A stretch of DNA of 64,000 nt, from the NCBI GenBank assembly GCA_024704765.1, contig JAKMXF010000066.1, forward strand, positions 927,883 through 991,882. The letters run 5' to 3'. The stretch's first letter is position 1, and every line of letters begins with the position of its first letter. This stretch comes from Oopsacas minuta (Eukaryota > Animalia > Porifera). Position numbers and translations under genes: made by a program. Of the stretch, positions 38,552 through 64,000 are shown piece by piece. The notes below the pieces were generated by a model. It was given only the letters and a program-made list of their open reading frames with translations. It made no database searches and was not told the DNA's origin.

Positions 38552-38848
38552 ATGAATCAATGTGAGTGTATTTGTTGGTATATTCGTGCAATGCAACGTA
38601 TCTTCCAGATGATTTTATCAGGAAATGGTTACTGTACACAGAACCAATGCTTCCCTACTACACAACAACAAATGGACACTAACACGATATTACAACCTGG
38701 AAATGTAATACTGTTTGTACTGTTTATTTTATGGCTAATCCTCTCATTCTATTATTTCCTGTTTCTAAGACCAAATCTTCGCTCAAGAAAGCTTCAAATT
38801 ACTAAGATAGAGACAATGAAGGAATTATGTAATTTGTTCTATGAATAA
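38552..38848 (+). CDS. SMIM14: Small integral membrane protein 14-like, 98 aa
   Basis: CECIC..RAMQRIF.....GYCTQNQC, one TM helix, then FLRPNLR, matching the SMIM14/C4orf34 pattern. ATG at 38552. Confidence 0.8.
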   Translation: MNQCECICWYIRAMQRIFQMILSGNGYCTQNQCFPTTQQQMDTNTILQPGNVILFVLFILWLILSFYYFLFLRPNLRSRKLQITKIETMKELCNLFYE

Positions 38849-39025
38849 CAATTTCAATATGTAATGTTGCATTTTCAAATAATTATTTACTATCGTAACT
38901 GATATTAAATAGCATGCTATGATCCTTGGTTATCATAGATTGGGCTAAAATATTTATGAATCTTCTCCCCTATTTATCCCAAATAATATTCTGTTGTAAC
39001 TCTTGAAACTTAGCCAAATAATATT

Positions 39026-40081
39026 ATGTCAGAGACTCCTGTTCCATTATCCTCGTGTCCTTGTTGTGGGCGGAATTTCCATCCTGACGTCATCGATCGG
39101 CACGTAGGTATATGTCAGAAAAACAAACAAAATTCAATGAAAAGGAGAACTTTTGATTCATCAAAAATGCGGGCTAGAGACACAGAAATAGAAAAGTTAA
39201 ATGAAGAACGGAAGTTTCTGCCCTCTCATATGCGAGAGAAACCTAAATTGCCTGCGAAAAAATCAAATTGGAAGGCAAAGCATGACGAATTTATACGAAC
39301 TATCCGTGGAGCAAGGGGTGGAGATGGAAGCGATTATGCTTCACAGAGGGATGCCCCTAAGTTTGAAAATCCTGATTACGTACAGTGTGAGATCTGTTCT
39401 CGTCGGTTCAATGAAGCTGCAGCTGAGAGACATATCCCATTCTGTAAGGAACAACAGAATAGATTGAAACAGAAAGGATGTAACCAAGCATCTGCCGCTG
39501 ACAGAGTGACAAAAAGAACTCAGTATAAAGCACCTGTACCTAAATCAAGCCAGAAACGAGCTCTCATTCCAACTCCAAAACAGACTAGAACCCGACCACT
39601 TCATGAGGATACTGATACTGATCATATATCTACACAGCAATATGATAGGAGAATTGCACGTGGAGAGAGATCACGAGGTGAAACACATCAAGACTTATCA
39701 TCCACCAGGGATATTAACAGAGATAAACGGCATCCTTATACAAAGAATAATGAGCGTACAAATGACCATGAAACTATGATTGATAGAAAAAGTAGTCATA
39801 ATTCAGGATATGATATGACGTCAGGTACGTCAATGTCAAACACAGAATCTTCACAATCAGTTCAACATGTCAGAGGTTATCCATCACAGCTACCTACACT
39901 CCGTAACAAAAGTCATTCAGCTAGCTCAGTAGGCAGTAACGGTAGTAATGGCAGTTCTAATAGAATTATACCACTGAATGAATACGGTACCCCTATGTCT
40001 AAATTCTGTTATGAGTGTGGAGGGAGTTATCCTGTCCCACAGGCTAAGTTCTGCTGTGAGTGTGGTACCAGACGTATTTAA
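39026..40081 (+). CDS. ZC2HC1A: Zinc finger C2HC domain-containing protein 1 (FAM164-like), 351 aa, intronless
   Basis: CPCCGRNF..DVIDRHVGIC, SNWKAKHDEFI, YVQCEICSRRFNEAAAERHIPFC, C-terminal KFCYECG..YPVPQAKFCCECG. Confidence 0.92.
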   Translation: MSETPVPLSSCPCCGRNFHPDVIDRHVGICQKNKQNSMKRRTFDSSKMRARDTEIEKLNEERKFLPSHMREKPKLPAKKSNWKAKHDEFIRTIRGARGGDGSDYASQRDAPKFENPDYVQCEICSRRFNEAAAERHIPFCKEQQNRLKQKGCNQASAADRVTKRTQYKAPVPKSSQKRALIPTPKQTRTRPLHEDTDTDHISTQQYDRRIARGERSRGETHQDLSSTRDINRDKRHPYTKNNERTNDHETMIDRKSSHNSGYDMTSGTSMSNTESSQSVQHVRGYPSQLPTLRNKSHSASSVGSNGSNGSSNRIIPLNEYGTPMSKFCYECGGSYPVPQAKFCCECGTRRI

Positions 40082-40486
40082 TATTATCATTCAAGCACTT
40101 GAATACTACTAATACATTCAATTGATTGTGTAATGTGTTCTACATATTCTCAAAGAACATTCTTATATGACGATACTAATGTGTTTATAATTCGTCGATA
40201 ATGATATAATAATTCCTCAACTCTCCCATCCATTATTATGAATATATTCCCCTCTAACTGATTGATATTTTGATGCAAAAATGGAAGTACTACCGCGTAG
40301 AGAAACCTCCATAAACGTGGGCTGTGGGAACGGAGTGAATAATAATTAATGCGAATCCCTAACACCATACAAATGAACCGTCACAAACTGTGAAACTGGG
40401 TAGCATTTCTGCGTCCCTGACACCCTCTTTGTGGAAGTTACATTTATTAAATTATGTTATTTGTATTTACATACTAACACTTTAGC

Positions 40487-43400
40487 ATGACAACAGAACT
40501 GGACCTAGCAGACTTAGGTCTACCTATAAATTTGAAATCAGAAATAGAAAGTAAACTCAAGGAACTAGATGTGTATATTGACGAGGAACTACCTGATTAT
40601 ATTCTAGTACTTTTGGCTAATAAAAAGTCTCAAGCACAAATGTGTAAAGATTTGAGATTATTCTTTGGTTCTCTTACTGAGACATTTGTTGATTGGGTAC
40701 ATGTGAGGGTGAAGGATTTGAAAATTGAACAGCAAGGGAAACAAAAGGAAATTATTGATACAAAAAAGAATAGTGAAGAGAATTCGAATACAGAAAATAA
40801 GGCGGGTTATTATACGACCCCCTATAGCTATTTTACACATCCTGTAGACCCCTCCCATAGAATGCAATACAAATTTTGAGATTCTGTGGACCCCCTTGTG
40901 TTGTTCGTGGACCACTATGGGGATCATGGATCAAGATTGGTGAATGTTGGTCTTTCGAATAGCGAAATATTCCACTTGAATATCAGTCAAATTGTGTAAC
41001 TATTTGTCTTTTCTCTTTCTAGTCAAAACACAGAAGATTATCAACTCATTCAGAAAAATCAGATACAAATAATCAATCAAAAATCAAAAGTCCTTTAAAT
41101 AGTCCTAAAACTAAAAACCTAGAAATATCATCCAAAGAGAACTCATCTTTACGAAAAAGGAGATCTAGAACTCCTGAACCAATCAGGAAATCTAAGCCAC
41201 GAATACATCAAGAAGGTAAATTGCTATAACACATATTATATGTGTATTGAATACTTATAGTTGTAGACTATCTTACGTCATCAAGACGCTCTTACTCTAC
41301 TGATAAATATAAAACACAACAGAATAATACTGTGGTTGATAGACAGATAGAAAATAAGGAAATATCACAAAACACAAGGTTAGATATTGGTGTAACAGGC
41401 AACTCCCGTTATATCTAAGTCCAAGAGACCGTGATAATTACTTCGATAGAAAAGATGAAATATATTTCACTTTGACGGTTTGGGACCATCTTTGTACGAT
41501 TTAAGACTTTCTATATAAGCGGGTATTTCAATATATCCTTGTTATAACGAGAGTTGACTGTATGTATATATCCTATTGATTATAGACACTCTAACAGATA
41601 CACTACTATATCATCACCTCCTGAATCAGTTAATAATTCCATTCAAACAAGTCCTATAAGTACTGTGACGTCACCTGTTAGTAAAGAGTCACGTGTTAGA
41701 GATAGAGGGAGGGGGAGAGACCGTCAGGTAGTTGTACAGGGAGACAGGAGAGAAGATAAGAGAAGGATTAGATCTAGATCTACTCCTATATCTCCTACAT
41801 TGAGGTTCGTTTTGGAGGTTTGAAAATATGTAAATTTACGAGATTATATCCATAGAAAGTCTATGGAAGATCATCATACCAGGCACAACAAGCCACAACC
41901 TAAACTCCGCTATTTCAACAGATCTCCATCCTCTCCTACTATTAAGCATCATTCTTCAAGGAAAACTCCTATAAAGAGAACTCAAGACAATCACCAACAG
42001 CTATCTTCTGTAGTAAGGATAAAGCCTAATAGAGATATAAGAGCTGGTAGAAGTATCACTATACAGGATGAACAGAAAGGTAAGAGTTCATTCGGCTATG
42101 AATAGACAGAGTAACCTTACAAACGGAGTACCATGAACACCTTTTGTAGAGCTATCACTGTACTATTTCATATAGTATCTCTATGTAGGATCAATACGTC
42201 TGGTACATAAAGCACTGAATGAAGCAGCTGCCAGCACAGCTAGAGGGTTTCCTCGAAATCCCATCAGTCCCAGGAAGAGGAGAGGAGTCATGGATAGATT
42301 AGGACCTCATGTAGATAACTCTGATATACTCAGTGATATTACATCTCCTGACAGGAAGAGAAATGCTGTTCTGCATCAACAATCTTTCACAGATGTAAGC
42401 TGGTTATCCCTTTTTTACCAATTTACCATATTCTGTGTACCCCAGCTAAGAACCTCTGAGTTATATTATATCCTATAGAGTATTCCTTCTCAACACCGTA
42501 TGAGCCTATCAGACTCAGAAGCAGACATATCATCACGTACAATAGATCCTATTAAAGCACAATTTGACGTGATAAAGCTATCCCGTACAGATTCAGCCTG
42601 CTATATATCAGATGATGATCTATTCCCTCCCAGACAGGATAGTCCTAAACGTAGAATACTATCCGGTGATATTGATATGTTTGATACAGAAGAAGTACTA
42701 GAAACTAAACGCAGAGTTCTGCCTATTAAGAAACCTACAAAACCTAAGTTTATAGTTACACTAGACGGAGCACAGACTCACTATAGACAAGTTATAGGTA
42801 CTAATACAGGGAAAGAAGATAAGCTAGCAAGTAAGTGTTTATTGACAGCTTAGGACAATCACCGCCATAATATCGACAGGTTGTTACCGTTGAAAGTGTT
42901 AGTATTTTCTAATCTCACTAAATACCTTTTCGGTATTAATTCAATATATTTCTAGATAAACTTGATATCAAACAACGTCTGGGTATCAAGGCCAATGAAC
43001 TCCCTGAGGAGATAACAACACCCCTCTATACCCCACCTGATATATCACCTCTATCTGAGACGCTAAAAACCGCAGTTCTTAAACCGAAAATTCTCACTTC
43101 AACTCCTAAACCAATTGAGGCTGTAGCAGACAGGTGTAAATACTGGCCTAATTGTAAATTAGGTGATAAATGCGATTTTCATCACCCATCTCTTCCTTGT
43201 AAGAGCTTTCCTTATTGCAAATTTAACCAGAAATGCTATTTCATTCATCCTGACTGCAAATTCGATCCATACTGTACTAAAGTAGACTGTGCATTTCTAC
43301 ATAGACATGTACGTACTAATAAACCACCTAATCACTTCAAAAATACATTTTCGTATACTCCAGATAGTAAATCTACATTTCCCGCCCGTTCACAGCTGAC

Positions 43401-43521
43401 CTGGACACCAGGCCAGAAAATAGTTAAAGACAAGGAAGATGAAGGTAATACACATATAAGTGAGCGTAAGTTCGCTCTGGAGGAAGTACAAACTGTTTCG
43501 ACACCTAAAACTGAGAGTTGA
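40487..43521 (+). CDS. ZC3H14: Polyadenosine RNA-binding CCCH zinc finger protein (Nab2 family), about 730 aa, 8 exons
   Basis: Exons 40487-40801 (GC donor), 41023-41215, 41261-41378, 41586-41804, 41856-42079, 42189-42394, 42479-42830, 42956-43521; total 2193 nt, in frame. PWI-like DEELPDYILVLLANKKS; C-terminal RCKYWPNC..C.FHHP..CKSFPYC..C.FIHP.CKFD..C...C.FLH. Confidence 0.88.
41396..41560. mobile_element. 165-bp pogo/Tigger-like (Tc1-mariner) MITE in ZC3H14 intron 3
   Basis: Imperfect TIRs CAGGCAACTCCCGTTATATC (41396) and GTTATAACGAGAGTTGACTG (ending 41560, followed by TA); internal GGGACC motif typical of this class. Confidence 0.7.
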
Positions 43522-43795
43522 ATCAGGTCACCTTATAGACACTTAAGTTAGCTAAGTATACCTTTGTTGGAGATAAAAGAATTCTTAATATGATCAAATA
43601 TAATTAATCAATGGGGGTACTCTATTTACTGAGGTTTAACAGGTCTAATTTGTCCATATAATGGGTTTGTACGCAATGCGTGGTTAAATCACTTTTTTAC
43701 TAATTCCAGCAGATTGAGTTATAAATTCTTCTTCTGTCCTCTAGCTACCTCTACTGTTAATGATATATTTGTTGCTTTTTGTTGTGTTTATTAAT

Positions 43796-43843
43796 GTTTG
43801 TTTGTTTGTTTGTTTGTTTGTTTGTTTGTTTGTTTGTTTGTTT
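43796..43843. repeat. (GTTT)12 microsatellite
   Basis: Read directly; lies between the ZC3H14 stop and the DHFR start. Confidence 0.95.
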
Positions 43844-43909
43844 ATTACTGTTAGGAGAGTTTTTGATTACTAATTGAGTTATTTGCCTAATTTCTGTATC
43901 AGATTAGCA

Positions 43910-44497
43910 ATGGCATGCAAATTACAAGAATTTCCAAACATTCTATTAAACCTAATTGTTATCTATGACAGCAAATTTGGAATCGCGAAAAATGACAAAT
44001 ACCCATTCCCAAGATTCCATACAGACTTTGAATTCATGTGCAGTATAAGCAAACAAATTTCTGATCCTACAAAACGAAATGTGTTAATTTTCGGTAGGAA
44101 GTCTTGGACTGCAGATTGTTCCTTGATTAGAAGAGTATGGAAATCTGAATATATAATAGTTCTATCTAGATCCATTAATTCTATTGAAGGAGTTGACTAT
44201 GTAGCTAACTCGTTAGAAGATGCTATTACACATTTGTTATTACCATCTGCTAGCTGTGAGACAGAAAATATTTGGGTTTTTGGTGGTTCTTTTATCTATA
44301 AACTTGCATTGGAGTCTGATTTTAATTGCAAAATATTCGCTACAGAAATATCACATGATTTTGGTTGTAATGTGTTTTTCCCTTTCCAGTCTCTGCCAGC
44401 TATTAAAGAAGCATATGATGATAGATTACCAACTAAAGATATCGTAAAAGAACACGGATATGAATATACATTTCATGTTTACGACAAGATAGCTTGA
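43910..44497 (+). CDS. DHFR: Dihydrofolate reductase-like protein (divergent), 195 aa, intronless
   Basis: LNLIV...FGIAKN..YPFP, NVLIFGRKSW, IIVLSR, VANSLEDAI, NIWVFGGSFIY, F.C.VFFP, EHGYEYTFHVYDK. Confidence 0.85.
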   Translation: MACKLQEFPNILLNLIVIYDSKFGIAKNDKYPFPRFHTDFEFMCSISKQISDPTKRNVLIFGRKSWTADCSLIRRVWKSEYIIVLSRSINSIEGVDYVANSLEDAITHLLLPSASCETENIWVFGGSFIYKLALESDFNCKIFATEISHDFGCNVFFPFQSLPAIKEAYDDRLPTKDIVKEHGYEYTFHVYDKIA

Positions 44498-44504
44498 ATA
44501 TATA

Positions 44505-44644
44505 TAATCGTTATATCGTGAGTATATTGAAGTCTCAAATTGTGCTAATATAGCTACAAACCTTAAGTAAACATATAATTTATCGCATATTTCGAAGTAA
44601 TTTTCGCGGTTCCTTGAGGTTCGATATAACGGCAGTTGAGTGTA
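44505..44644. mobile_element. Partial MITE of the same pogo/Tigger-like family (right TIR intact)
   Basis: TTTTCGCGGTTCCTTGAGGTTCGATATAACGGCAGTTGAGTG-TA ending at 44642-44644; the left end is reduced to CGTTATATCG. Confidence 0.55.
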
Positions 44645-44694
44645 TATACGAGTTTTCAAATTGTTATATAATATTTATTCAATACATCATAGCA

Positions 44695-62533
<17,839 letters not shown>

Positions 62534-62618
62534 GTCTATAATACTAAATTCCATTCCTCTTATAAATAGCATATTCTATCTTACATACAACAATATTGAC
62601 ATATTTCTAATCACCAGC

Positions 62619-64000
62619 ATGGCAGCTGGCTCAATTAGCGCCCCTACAGTAATTCCTCTCCGTATACCTACTTCATTTTCACAGAGCAAGCTCTGTATAG
62701 ACACAAACACTCCGATAGAACTATGCTCACCCTCTCCAAATGTTAAGATATACTACTCTCTGAATGGAATTAAACCTAATCCTTATAAGAAAGATTTCAA
62801 AAAGTCTTCAACATTTCCTTATACAGCTCCCTTCACACTATGCATAGGCAAACATACGATAAAAGCTCTTGCTATTACAAATGATAAGCAAGCACAGAGT
62901 GGTACAGTAACAAAGGTATTTACTGTGGTTGAGCCTCAGATTATAGTGCATAAGCCTGTTGCAGAAAAACCCGTATCAGAAAATACTCCAGCTGTTGATG
63001 ATATAGGGAAGGCTAGGCCAGTTTCTCAAGAAACTTGTGATATGATTAAACCTTCTATTCTTACTCCACAGTCTCCTAAGGTTATTTCTAGGCCAAATTC
63101 TGGACGTCCATCTTCAGGTAAATCTAAGTACCATCAATTCCCGTTATATCGAAGCTCTATGTATCGCGATAATTACTTCGATATGACGAGAGTTGACTAT
63201 TTTATTTGAATCTCTGTTATAGTGAAGGCAACTTCCATTACCTTCGAAGACAGTCTAACTCAGGCTCAGTCTCAGCTAAAATTATCAACCCGATCTCTTT
63301 CCCATTTATCAAATGCTCCTAGCTTAAAGAGCTCAGAAGTAATGAGCACAGCACAAGATACAATAAAGCTACTACAAGAGACTAATTATTTACAGTGTAT
63401 ATTCTGTTTCTGTCCGCGTCCCTCTGATCCGTTTTCCCGTCACTGCCCTCAATGCGGTTCTCCTCTCCCAACTCTACCATCTGCTTCTAAGGATCTCACT
63501 ATCCCACCTCCTGGTACAATTGGACAGTGTCTTGAATGTAAATGTTCTGTTCCTTTGAACCTCAGTCACTGTGTAGTCTGTGAAGCTAATCTAACTCCCA
63601 GACTACTCCCGCAATCTTCACATGTTTTAAAGGAGAAATTGCTCTGTTTATCATGTGGAACTGCGAACCCAGACGGAACTTTCAAATGTTTAACATGCGA
63701 GAATTTACTATCCACAGAGGAGGGTTTAATAAAGCCTAAGAACATTGGTGATACCTTGAAGTGTCCATTTTGCTCTGCTTATAACGGGAGACGTTATATA
63801 TTCTGTGTAGCATGTGGGTATAGGATTAAACCAAAGTATACAGGAGGTAGTGACAGTGATCATACTCTAGATGTTGATATTATAGAAGATTCTAGAACAA
63901 CTAATTCTATAGCTACACAAACTCAAGGTATATTCTTTCCATCTTCTAAATCAATCGAACTTAAAGGAGAAACTTCCCCTGTAAAAGAGGTTGTTAAAAA
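62619..64000 (+). CDS. DZANK1: Double zinc ribbon and ankyrin repeat protein 1, 5' part (runs off window)
   Basis: Exon 62619-63117 MAAGSISAPTVIPLRIP...KIYYSLNG.KP..FPYTAPFTL; intron 63118-63222; exon from 63223 TNYLQCIFC..PRPSDPFSRHCPQCG with further CxxC ribbons. Confidence 0.9.

Noticed and set aside
40810-40930. GACCCC repeats and a weak inverted repeat in ZC3H14 intron 1
   Set aside because: Too short and degenerate to call a MITE or structured RNA.

Overview
Eukaryotic, AT-rich, very gene-dense genomic DNA with mostly 45-90 nt spliceosomal introns. Gene content (fibrillar collagen, giant cadherin, Eph-like RTK, NHL-repeat gene) and compactness suggest an early-branching animal, most likely a glass sponge (inference, not verifiable here). 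All exon models were built by hand from GT/GC-AG sites and reading-frame continuity. Layout: 1-3830 four adjacent tandem arrays (338, 34, 44 and 36 bp). 4393-5754 an ADF-H domain spliced in frame to a Rab5-like GTPase. 5873-32285 a 28-exon gene for a ~6770-aa single-pass protein (cadherin repeats, Cys-rich and bacterial-adhesin-like modules, REJ, GAIN/GPS-like, TM, cytoplasmic MYND finger); its introns host a divergent UBL-eS31 gene, a tRNA-Ser and an antisense SRCR-EGF RTK. 33100-37901 a fibrillar collagen with an exactly 1014-residue helix. Then SMIM14, ZC2HC1A, ZC3H14, a divergent DHFR and EFCAB5. EFCAB5 introns hold an NHL gene and, in one 13-kb intron, six genes (two MGNCCS-type MAP2Ks, PDXK, MOB3, a divergent PABP paralog, PABPC). 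DZANK1 runs off the right edge. Top leads: the cadherin-polycystin-MYND chimera, the ADF-H-Rab fusion, the extreme gene nesting, and orphan splice acceptors just upstream of many ATGs, which suggest spliced-leader trans-splicing or operon-like transcription.
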